DNA of 64,000 bases from Vicugna vicugna (taxonomy: Eukaryota). A program made the position numbers and the translations under genes. The stretch is taken from contig MU058844.1 in NCBI GenBank assembly GCA_013265495.1, positions 8,431,260 to 8,495,259 on the forward strand, written 5' to 3'. Within the stretch, counting starts at the first letter, position 1, and each line of letters begins with the position of its first letter. Of this stretch, positions 54,021-64,000 are shown piece by piece. The notes beneath the pieces were generated by a model. That model was not told the origin of the DNA. It was given only the letters and a program-made list of their open reading frames with translations, and did not search any database.

Positions 54021-54285
54021 CTGAGCCCCTCTCGGCTTCCATCAGGGGGCGCGCCTCTGAGGGTTGGGCCTCAGCGGCCGCCGCCGCCACCGGCCTCCTC
54101 AGCGCCGCCAGCACCGTCTCCGGGGGCAAGTCGACCAGTTTCTCCCACACAGACTCCGTGTAGAAGTCCACCGTATGTGCACTGGAAATGGGCAGGGCTT
54201 CCCTCAGGAACCGCAGGAGCTCCTGCAACTTAGCACGCAATGTGGGCAGGCCTTGGGTCACCGGGAGCGGGCGAGAAGCCGCCAT
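54021..54285 (-). CDS. METTL25: METTL25 coding exon 1 (methyltransferase-like 25)
   Basis: ATG at 54285 in gcgccATGG context. Translates MAASRPLPVTQGLPTLRAKLQELLRFLREALPISSAHTVDFYTESVWEKLVDLPPETVLAALRR...EAERGS, recognised as the METTL25 N-terminus. Donor CAG|GTGAAT; 265 nt, ends phase 1. Confidence 0.95.
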
Positions 54286-54449
54286 GGCGCACACCCTCCC
54301 GGGCTGTAGGTGGCGCAAACGTGGCCGCAAAGCGGGAGCTCGGTAGCACAGGCCCGATAAGTAGAACTCCGATCTGGACTATGGCTAGGCGATTGATTGC
54401 TTCTGCCTGATGACGTATTTTGACTGCGTCCGTTGTGGTCTTTCTAGCC

Positions 54450-54603
54450 ATGGCGCCGGTAAGGCCGGCTGCAAGGTGGCGAACAGAGAGTTTTGGGACG
54501 CATGGTGAAGGAGTTTCACCGGTTGGATTCAGAAATAAGAATGTGAAACACAGGACGTGGCGATCTAACCATGCGCAGGCCTTCGTGGGGAGCGTTCGCG
54601 AAG
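54450..54603 (+). CDS. CCDC59: CCDC59 (TAP26) coding exon 1
   Basis: gccATGG at 54450; [51 protein letters not shown]; donor GAAG|gtatgt; 154 nt, ends phase 1. Head-to-head arrangement with METTL25 matches known mammalian synteny. Confidence 0.95.
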
Positions 54604-55580
54604 GTATGTAAGAGGGCGGCCTTTTACAAGTCGTCAGGCCTGCGAAATTTTAGGATACACGATCCACCGAAGCAGGGAAGGGTTTAGGAACCAGACCGGA
54701 GCCCTACGTGGGGCAGAGGAATCTTTTCTTAAATGTTCTGATGCTGTGGGCTTCTCAGAGCTCTGGATGAGAAGACGAGGCAGTGTTGCTAACTCTTTAA
54801 ACATCTGCCCTGACTTTAAATTTCATTCTTGTTCAGAACGCTTTATCTCTGCATTTCCCCCGTGAAACTATAAATAGAGAGCACCTACGGGTTAATTTGT
54901 GCGTGTAGTACAGTACAGGATAGAAAGACGGGGTCAGGTATGTACTGCCCCATACCCTTGCTAATTACAAATACCCCACAGCCCTCCAGTCTTCTCTTAC
55001 TGTATTTACTTCTTCGCTTTCATTCGTGTTTTTCATTTTGCCTTGCTGTCTTTCAGTACCCTTAAATTCCATTTGGAGTGTCTTTCAGTACCCTTAAATC
55101 TTAAATAAGTTTAGTCTTCTGATAATTGCCAGACGTTCAGAAAGTTATACAACATCCTCCCTCTTATGTTGAATTACGTTAGAAAATCAGTTGTATGGTC
55201 TTTTATCTAAGGTAAAATAGTAGTTTTTTTTTACCTTAGATATTTATTGAAGACCTAGATTAAATATTTTAGATGAATTAAGGAATTTGTTTGATTTGTG
55301 CGTACAATAAGTTGGAGCTGTGCGACACTCTAGTTATTTTCCCTTCTTTGAAGTTCTTGAGTTCTGCACAACTACTGTTGGTCTGGACTTTTTGCAAAGG
55401 ACCAACGTACTAATCATTCCATTAGCTTAACCTTGTTTTCTTGAAATAACATTTTAAAGCAAAATAATGTAACTCTTGTATCTGAATGTGATGATGTAAA
55501 AACTATTTTAAATTAACAAGTACACTTTTCATGCAACTTATTTTCTGAGAAAGTAATTTATGACCAATATTCTTCAATAG

Positions 55581-55917
55581 GACAAGGCTTTGCATTTCGA
55601 AGAAAACTAAAGATCCAGCAAAGTTACAAGAAATTGCTATGGAGAGAAAAGAAGGCTCAAACCTCACAGGAATCCCAGTTCACAGATCGATACCCCGATC
55701 ATCTGAAACATCTCTATTTAGCTGAAGAGGAAAGACTCAGGAAGCAAGTTAGAAAATTTAAGCAGCCTTTGTTAGAACAAGTTGACCAGCCTCTGTCAGA
55801 AGAACAAGTTACTCAACCTTTGCGGGAAGAGCAGTGTAGCACTAACCAAGCTTTGTTTGAAGAACATTGTAGCATTGAGCAGCCTCAGCCAGGACAACAG
55901 TGTAGCGTAAGAGGGAA
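55581..55917 (+). CDS. CCDC59: CCDC59 coding exon 2
   Basis: caatag|GACAAG...GGGAA|gtatgt; 337 nt, phase 1-2; (G)[55 protein letters not shown]...QCSVRG. Confidence 0.92.
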
Positions 55918-56915
55918 GTATGTATTATCTTCTTTTGAAATTCTTCACTGTAGATGTAAGTAGTGTTTTCTGAAAGAGATTACAGGACAGTTTCTGTAGG
56001 AATGGTAATTTTTCTCAAAGCGTTTTATAAGTCACAGGTAATGTGAAAATATTTTCATGGAGGCTCTCTTGTTAGCTTAAATGTCTGAATTAGGCCAGTT
56101 TAGCTTAATAGAAGAAGTAATGGAGTGGGAATTAAGAGATCTGGGTTCTGGATTTAAGTCTCTCAAGTCCATTTAACTTATTTGGACATTGATGAACACC
56201 TGTTATTGATGTACTTTTTAAAAAAAAGTAATTTTTAATAAGTGTGTAATTTAGAGCTGCTGTATTGCACAAACCTGGAACGGATTGTTTGCACAGACTA
56301 TGGTATCCCTAACCTATCTCATGATGTTGTGAAGACTAAATGAGTTCATTTAGTTCATACATGGTACTTAAAAAGGCATATGATACATGGGATGTGCTAC
56401 TTCAGTGTTAACTGATACTACTATTATTAAACTGGATTTTTTTTTTTGTGGCGAACATAGACTAGGTTGCAATTAAAAAAACAAATGAAATGGAATAGAG
56501 ACAAGTTGGTCAAAGAGCTTTGGGATTAAAGTTCATGTACACCCAAAACATCCTTCATAACATCCTTTAATGCCTTTTTCAGTCTCTCGTTTCTGCTAGT
56601 CATATGCTGGTTTCCTATTTTTAAATATTTGAGGGTCTTTGAGAGCTTTCTGTATTTTCCTGGTTGAAATATTTCTCCCAAACTTTACATTTGCCACTTT
56701 TTCTATCTTGAAAACTGTAACTATATTTTTTTAATATGTTATTTGGACAATTTACCAATAAAATTAATGTCCCCTTTCTTTCAACCTGTCTTCCCCTCTT
56801 AAGTTGCATTACTGAGGTTTGATTATACAAGTACTATATTTGACAATTTTGTCATAATTTTGGCTGTATTATTTTTAATCCTTGTGACTTACTTGTCTTC
56901 ATTTATCTCACAAAG

Positions 56916-57015
56916 CTCCATTACTATTCCAAAGAAGAATAAAAAGAAAACGTCAAATCAGAAAGCACAGGAAGAATATGAGCGGATACAAGCTAAGCGT
57001 GCTGCTAAGAAAGAA
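56916..57015 (+). CDS. CCDC59: CCDC59 coding exon 3
   Basis: cacaaag|CTCCAT...AAAGAA|gtaaga; 100 nt, phase 2-0; (N)[33 protein letters not shown]. Confidence 0.93.
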
Positions 57016-58789
57016 GTAAGATCTCCTTTTAAAATATTTAGATCCATTTTTCTTTATCTTAAGTGTATATGTAAGCTTCTCTTCTTAATATAGGGCACAT
57101 AATATGCCCTCTATAATTATTTGTATAAATGAGTGAGCTGAGCAAAGCGGGAGAATTTTAACATGTTTAAATTCCTTGATTGTTTGTATTACCCTTGGGA
57201 GGTAGTACTGGTAGTTCAACAATAGGCTTTTAAAGGTACTGCTTGTAGGTTAATAGTATGAGCGTCTGGGACAATGTTTCTCAAGAGTATGGCCCAGGTA
57301 GTTGCATTTTAACAAGTGCCTCAAGAGATTCTTATGTGTGATAAAATTTGAGAACTATTAATTTAAGAAAAAAATAGATGATTTTCATAAATTTACATCA
57401 AAGTAAGTTAAAAGTCAGAGGGAGGCATTAGAATAAAATATTTTTTTACTCCAAAGAGTTGGTTTTGCTTATTAAAAACCCTACTAGGTTAATTTAGCAG
57501 AAAGTTACCGCTCTTTCTTATCATTCAGAAACCCAAAATTATAATAGCATTTTTTAAATGAGTAAAAACACAATTATCTACAACTTCAACAAAATAAAAA
57601 TCTGTGGTTAATTCGTATTTCTTGTATTGAAGCTATATTAATCCATTACTTTAAAAAGGATTGCACATCAATCAGAAATACTCCAAAGATGGCACTGACA
57701 TAATTCTTTTTATGTCTTAGCTTTACAGTTTGTGTAATTAAGAAATCTGGAAGTTAAACATCTAAAATTCTTACAATTATTCTTAAACCGATGGCAGACT
57801 AGGATGAAGGAGGAACATTCTCCATGGCAAAACTGGACCTTTGTTGTAGTATGCTTTTTTATAACCAACCATGATATCAGTCAACTTTGGAAATAGTATA
57901 CCAGATGAAATAAGGACTATTATACTGTAAAACAATATTCTTTAAAAATTTCCTTTATGTATGTATAAATGCTTTTTGTATTTGTGAAAATTGAGCATCA
58001 GCTTCTCATCTGTAAGAGGAAGATGAATTCTAGCATAAAAAGTTTTGAAAGGATGGAATATGCTATGATGTGTATGAAAGCACTTTGTTAATTATATCAC
58101 CATACCAACGTAAGGCTGTGGTATTTGGGGGCTATGTGTGTTACAGAGGAAATTGAAAAATAGTGCACATGTTGCATAAAGAACTTTTAAAACTTTCACA
58201 TTTAACTAAAGAGTATTGCATTTCAAGCAGTGCTTTTCAGGTGTGTATATAACTGAATTATTTTTCCTTAAACTCAAATGAATTTGAGTCTTTATCTTAG
58301 GAAATCAAATGAGCATAGTAATTCTTAAAAGATCAAATCATAATACCTAGCACATAGATGCAGTATATAGCTAATAAGTGCTTCTTGAATTAAATCTGTC
58401 AGATTGCAAATTAGAAAGAACACCAGATATTCTGGAAATGAAGATTTTAGTGTTATATGGACTAGATAACCTCTAAAATCCCTTTTAACTCTTCAGTGGA
58501 TCTGATTAAATGATGAAATCATTAGATAAATATGCCTTCTCTTCTGTGCTCTAATTTTATTTGTATACAAATGATTAAAACTGTTTAATAACTTTACATT
58601 ATTCTGTGTTATAGCATGTATTGTAGTATAAAAGCAAACATGGTATACTGCTTTACTTACAACACTTCATATTTTGTAAAATATAAAACAAACCTTAAGT
58701 GTTTGCATGGTGGTAACTATTTCAACAGAATTATTGAACAGTATCTGCTGTTTGTTACTGGTGAAAATTACATATGTTAATAATTGCAG

Positions 58790-58951
58790 GAATTTGAGAG
58801 GAGAAAGCAAGAGAGAGAAGAAGCTCAAAGGCTCTATAAAAAGAAGAAAATGGAAACATTCAAAATACTGAGTAAAAAGACTAAAAAGGGCCAACCAAAC
58901 TTGAATTTACAGATGGAGTATCTTCTGAAAAAAATACAAGGAAAAAATTAA
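58790..58951 (+). CDS. CCDC59: CCDC59 coding exon 4 (terminal, stop TAA 58949-58951)
   Basis: ttgcag|[59 protein letters not shown]. The [10 protein letters not shown] motif is typical of the Fyv7/TAP26 C-terminus. Spliced CDS is 753 nt, 250 aa. Confidence 0.95.
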   Translation, partial: EFERRKQEREEAQRLYKKKKMETFKILSKKTKKGQPNLNLQMEYLLKKIQGKN

Positions 58952-59248
58952 ATCAGACATGTTGTCTGATTAAACAAGAGTTAAAATGTCCTCCGGCTCT
59001 TGAGTCCTTTTGTGTGTGTACTGTCCCTCTAAACAGTTAATTAAATTTGTCAGCAGAGACTAGATTGCTAAGCTATACTAAATATAAAATGTCCAAATAT
59101 TTTTTTTTCTGTAAAAGAACATTTTCTATATATGCTCTACATGATATGATTTGTTTTTTATTTATTTGCTTCATGAAGAAGTGACAGAACCTGCTGTTTG
59201 AGTGACAGGTTCGATGTAATACTTTTGTACCGTAGGACATTCAGATGA

Positions 59249-59254
59249 AATAAA
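59249..59254 (+). terminator. Probable CCDC59 polyadenylation signal AATAAA
   Basis: AATAAA ~300 nt after the stop codon, preceded by TGTA elements. A second AATAAA lies at 59654-59659 inside the downstream insertion. Confidence 0.65.
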
Positions 59255-59278
59255 GTGTTTTGAAAATAAGGGAGCAGA

Positions 59279-59688
59279 ATTTTTAATCGTAATATTTAAA
59301 AGAGAGTTTTGTAATTTTGTTTCTCAAAAATCTGAAATGTATTTCTGGGTTAGTGTTTATGGACAGATGCTGAAGGGCAGAAAATACAAGTGCGTGGAAG
59401 GGAAGATGGGGTCAGGTACTCCTAAGGCAAATACTGAAGAATGCAACCCTGTCTCAGCTTCTCCATTCCCTTTGTTAGTCACTTACCTGTGTGTCTTCAC
59501 TCACCTGTGTGTGTTAAGAGGGTGATGGAAATGGTAGGAGATTTGGAAAGTGATTGTATAAGCTTTTAAACTCACTCTGAAAGCCGTCTATCTCGATCAG
59601 ATTTAACCTAGCCTATTGCTTGGTGCCTGTTTCTTGAGAAGTATGCTGAGGTCAATAAACTCTCCCCAAAATCGTTTGACCAAAAAAT
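59279..59688 (+). mobile_element. Unclassified retroposed insertion (LTR-like) with 16-bp TSD and short A tail
   Basis: aaaataagggagcaga at 59263-59278 and 59689-59704. Internal AATAAA at 59654-59659 and an A-run from 59682. Confidence 0.7.
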
Positions 59689-60350
59689 AAAATAAGGGAG
59701 CAGAGCTTTCAACAAATCATTTCAATGAAATGTTTAAATTTAGTAATCGGTTTTAAAATTCATTTTAATGATGAAGTCCCCTTGGACTTTTCAATTTATG
59801 TATTTTAATTTAGGTGCATGTTACAGGGGATGGTCTTTCCAGAAATCTGAGAGCAGGCTACTGGGTGCTGAAACTACTCTCTTCCCCCACCATTCTGCAA
59901 TGTGGTCTTTATCAAGCAGAGTTTGATGTAAGAATTTGGATAGTCTCATATTTATAAATATTTCCTTGAATGGATGTATATAGCTTGCTAGTTAGTATAA
60001 GATCTTTTGAATGACGATAGCAAACCAGCAGGGTCACAGCAGGAATCAAGCATTCCGGATCCTGTGGGACTTTGTCATATAAGCACATTGTCACTGGGCC
60101 TTACCAGTGTTGTCTCAGTTGGTACCTTTGTCATCCAAGGGAAAGTACTGGAATACTGGTTCTCCTCTTGCCTCCTTGCAATCACTGCAAAATGAGAAGG
60201 GCTTGGCTATCATCATTATAAACAAAAGGACGGTACAATAATATTCATAAAACATTGCATAGTAAAGTTTTATAAGTGGTAACAGGTGCAGCCAAATATT
60301 GGAAGCCCTCCAACCCTACTGATGGCTCTGTATTTAAAAGAGCAACAGAA

Positions 60351-60428
60351 GGGGGTAGGTATAGCTCAGTGGTAGAGCGCATGCTTAGTGTGCACGAGGT
60401 CCTGGGTTCAATCCCAAAACCAAACTCC
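60351..60428 (+). mobile_element. tRNA-Ala-derived SINE / tRNA pseudogene (camelid-type SINE head)
   Basis: GGGGGTAGGTATAGCTCAGTGGTAGAGCGCATGCTTAGTGTGCACGAGGTCCTGGGTTCAATCCC has A and B boxes and resembles tRNA-Ala(AGC). It lacks a proper 3' acceptor strand. Degenerate TSD aaaagagcaacagaa (60336-60350) / aaaagtgcaatagga (60429-60443). Confidence 0.8.
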
Positions 60429-63300
60429 AAAAGTGCAATAGGAGATGCTAAGGAAACAGCTTACTAAACAGAATTCTTTATTGCATAGAAAAACAGTGCT
60501 TAGAAATTTTCAGTACATTACATTGCATTTAAAATGAGCAATGTGGCCTAAATTTGGCTATATTGCAAAGCAGAGTAAAATATTTTAATTGCTTTATAAT
60601 GATTTCACATGTATTTTTCATTTACTTCTAGACATTTTATCAGGGTAGGACAAAACAGGAAGAGATCTGGTCTTTCTGAGAGATGAGTGAAATTAGTTAA
60701 GTTCATTTTAACAACTTTTTGTTGAACAGCTGTTATATATGCAGGGTCCATGTTAAGGAGTTATTCTTGAAGAAAAGGAACATACAAGGCAGTAAATGCC
60801 AAAGAACATCATCATAGAACAAAAAGCAATCAGTGGCCATTCGGTACAAAACAAAAGGTTCAGACTTTACTGCACCAGAGAAGCACCCACAGAATTTCTT
60901 AAAATGCTTATTCAAGGGCCCTACCCAAGACTTGCATAACTGATTGGCTCAGTGATTGATGTTTTAACAAGCAACCCCATGATTCTGTTGTGGTTGGTCC
61001 TCAGACCACATCTTGCAAAGCATGGGACCAGGGCCTCCTGAGAGGTGTCATTATGTCTTCAGGCTCAAGGGAATTTTCACGGATGAGATGGCACGTGAGA
61101 AAAGACTTTCAGGTTGAGAAGAGAATTAAAGGTGAAGAAACATGAGGAAAATTACAAGGAGAAGAAAACTTGGGATGTATTTAAGAGCTTATCTACTACA
61201 GTCTTAAAAATAGTTACAAGATAGATATGTGTATGTCATCATTACTGATGGGGGCTAACACTTCTAACCATTACTGATATTTCCTTCTACGTGAAGAGGG
61301 TACCCTCAGCCTAACACTAATAGTCTCTTTACTCTTCTTACTTGTTCTGCCCAGGGAGGTAGCGAGTTATATAAATGATAAGTTTGAGAGAGGACCTGGC
61401 CTGCCTGCACAGTGCACATACTCTTAATTACTATTCTCATACTGAAAACTGTAAAGAATGGGCTGTGTTGATGAAGGCAGAAAGGGGACAGAGGCAGAGC
61501 AGGGGAGAGGCCTGTGTTTGGGAGCGTGTAATATCTAAAACTCCCAATTTCTGCTGCGTGCATCAGTACCTTGAGGGATAAAACAGGAATGAAATTTGAG
61601 GGAACACGATACACAAGTGGAGAAACTTTGGGTGGCCAGAACTTGTGGTTTCAGACTTCAATGTGTATTCAGGGAGTTTTAATCTTGGCAGTTTGTAGAG
61701 GCTTATATTGGACCATTAATTTGACTTTTATAAATGTGCAATAGGCTTTTTATTGCTATGGTTTTGGCAAGAGGCTTTAAGCCTGAGAGGCACTTGGGAT
61801 TTTTGAGCTGAAGTTTAGGGTAGCTTTGTCCACAGAAAATTGGTTATTTCTACAGAGGTGGGGTACAATTTTGGACCTTAAATAGAAGTGTGTAGGCTTC
61901 AACAAAGAAGCAGGGAGGGGAGTGGAAGTGATGGAGACAGGTTTCAATAAAGGCACAGAATGTGGCCATGTGGTGCCTACCCATATGCTGGCCTCCCAGA
62001 TGGCCTCAGCTGTATCAGCCAAAATGAAGTTTATCGAGCTATTCTGGCTGTAGTGGTGTTAACAAAGGCATTGGCATGTGCAGGCAGCCTCAGGGTACAG
62101 GCTGCTGCAGTTTAACCTTGAACTACATTTAAATTCATGTATGAGCATCAGGGGCCTCATCAGAGGCTGCAGAGACACCAGAATGCAAGTTCATTTGAGG
62201 CAAGAATTTAATGATGGAAAAATATTTATAGATATGCTAAACATTAATGACTATCTCAGTATTTGCTATTTTTGAACATCAAGGCAGAGGACTTGTAGGC
62301 AATACAGAGCTCTAGCAAAGTTCATGGTTTACACTGTCCATGCCAGTCATAAAATGCAGTGTAAAAGAGCAAATTTTGAATATAAAGAGATTTTGATTAT
62401 ACTAGATGGGAAAGATCAGGACCACAAATGAGACCTAGTGACTGAGACTGCACCACTGCAAATCTGTACTTTGCAAGATAGCATCGGTGTCTCAACTGCC
62501 ACTCTGAGGGAAGGTACAGTGTGCCAGGCAAAATGCATGCTGATAAATTTAACTTCTTGCTGAAAAATTTCTTCCAATTTAGTCTAAGTGTGAAGGGCAT
62601 AGACCCCTGACAATGGGCATGAACTGATTGGCATTCTGATGAGGCTCAAGCCATCCTCAGTTATCCCCATTCCTACAGACCCATGAGTTTCCACTGTAGA
62701 GTTTCAGTAACATGTTGTCTTTGACAAAAATAGCTACTGGGTCTGGGAACATAATTTTGTCCAGGTGTGAAGCAAGTGTTAAGATAGCCTTGAGTATTCT
62801 GTTACTTCTTTAGACCTTTTAAAAATTGAGACACCCCATAGACTTGATGCTGAATTAATTTAACTTTTGAGGAGCTGAAGGAGCTACATCCATTTCCAAG
62901 AAAGACACACAGGCTGCAGCTGCTGTTGGAATCTATGTAGTCACTAATGTTTCTTGTTGTGAGTTGAACAAAATAAGAAACTGGGAGGTACTTTAATTTC
63001 ATTAGACTTCTACCACATAAGGGCAAGAACACTAGATTCTGGGTTGTGATTTTATTGCCTTTGCACATTAACTTAAAAGGTAATTTAATAGATTTTTTTT
63101 CTCCCTAGGAGTTTGAGAGGGGGAATATATAAAATACGGGACATCACATTTTGCTGGCAGTTTAACATGGGGCTCTCTTTAAGTATTTGGGTAATTGCCA
63201 CTGAGAACATCTGATTGAATTATCCATGGCACTGAGAGAGCTCCACCCCAAAGGGCACATTTCATGGGCCTAGTGACCTCGGGGTCTCACAAATAGTAGA

Positions 63301-63430
63301 TTTCTTAAGGTATAATCAATTGAACGTATTTAAAATGTATAATTTGGTGAGTTTGGGGACATGTATACACTCATGAAACCATTCACAAATCTGTCATCAT
63401 TATCTCCAAAAGTTTCCTCATGGCCCTGAA
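63301..63430 (-). mobile_element. Old L1 3' terminal fragment
   Basis: aggtataat...tttaaaatgtataatttggtgagttt...acatgtatacactcatgaaacca...ctccaaaagtttcctcatg is a reverse L1M 3' end. Confidence 0.6.
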
Positions 63431-64000
63431 ATCTATGATCTTGCTAGTCTTGCAGCTTTTACTGATTTTAATTGTGTGTCTCTGTTCCAGCAAACTTAAA
63501 CTGAGACCTGCTCTATAACAGCATTATGAAATTAAATGTTTGCCAGGTGGCACCACATGAGAGCAACCCAAATTGTGGCAGTTCCTTCACGGTACTGTCC
63601 TCTCCTAGTGCAATGTTAGATCAGATTTCTTGTACCCTTTGGGCTAAAGACTCTACTGATAGGAGTAGAATATTTGAAACTGGCCTACTAAGATTCAAAT
63701 GAATCCTTATAACCGTCCCACCACCACCACCACACACACACACTGAGGTCATCCCAATATCCATTCAAACCTGAAGAAATCTCAGGAATAAAATACATTA
63801 CTAAGTCTTAGAATAAGGATGGCCACATCTTAGTCCTTGCAATACTCCCACAAAGCCAGTTAAGAAGCCTATCAGAAAAGGCTACCCCATTTGTTCAAGA
63901 TCTCAAGGTGAGGAATAGAATGTCATTCCTAGTTTCCTGGTAATTCCCAACACACATATGTCCTGTCCTCCTGTTAGAGCAGGCAGATAGCTAGATATGA

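Larger units (their letters stand above)
53880..54720. promoter_or_regulatory. CpG island / bidirectional promoter of METTL25 and CCDC59
   Basis: The main strongly GC- and CpG-rich block in the window. Spans both first exons, has no TATA between the ATGs, a CRE-like TGACGT at 54411-54416, and GGGCGG boxes on the minus strand near 53914-53920 and 53992-54003. Confidence 0.88.

Noticed and set aside
54286..54330. N-terminal extension of METTL25 suggested by the ORF track (MRPRLR...)
   Set aside because: It starts at a non-ATG codon. The ATG at 54285 has a strong context and matches the known N-terminus.
54420..54449. N-terminal extension of CCDC59 from the ORF track ([10 protein letters not shown])
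   Set aside because: It starts at TTG. The Kozak ATG at 54450 matches the known start.
55907..55912. Alternative CCDC59 exon 2 donor (AGC|gtaaga)
   Set aside because: It would be phase 0, incompatible with the phase-2 exon 3 acceptor. The 55917/55918 donor keeps the frame.
60351..60428. Functional tRNA gene
   Set aside because: The 5' end has extra bases, no acceptor stem forms, and degenerate TSDs flank it. It is a SINE or pseudogene.
1..64000. CRISPR array, operon or prokaryotic defence system
   Set aside because: The window is spliced mammalian DNA with no repeat-spacer array and no dense prokaryotic ORFs.

Overview
Mammalian genomic DNA, AT-rich and repeat-rich. A camelid origin is tentatively suggested by a tRNA-Ala-derived SINE and the young L1 3' ends. 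Two protein-coding genes lie head-to-head on one CpG island, with start codons 164 nt apart. METTL25 is on the minus strand: coding exons 1-9 were resolved at 54285->4602 (1578 nt, 526 codons, all GT-AG), and the rest of the gene lies left of the window. CCDC59 is on the plus strand and complete: 4 coding exons, 54450-58951, 250 aa, AATAAA at 59249. Most of the rest is intronic or intergenic transposon remnants (Tigger1, Tigger3, MER20, MER63, MER5, MIR, L2, L1, MaLR LTRs) and microsatellites. I find no support for a new multi-gene system. The best leads are: (i) a ~410-bp TSD-flanked, polyadenylated, LTR-like insertion at the expected CCDC59 cleavage site; (ii) a diverged ~90-bp duplication of the METTL25 exon-1 end that carries a second donor; (iii) a candidate poison exon with a duplicated acceptor in CCDC59 intron 1; (iv) a near-perfect 103-bp tandem duplication. 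Repeat family names come from recalled consensus sequences, and repeat boundaries without TSDs or TIRs are approximate.
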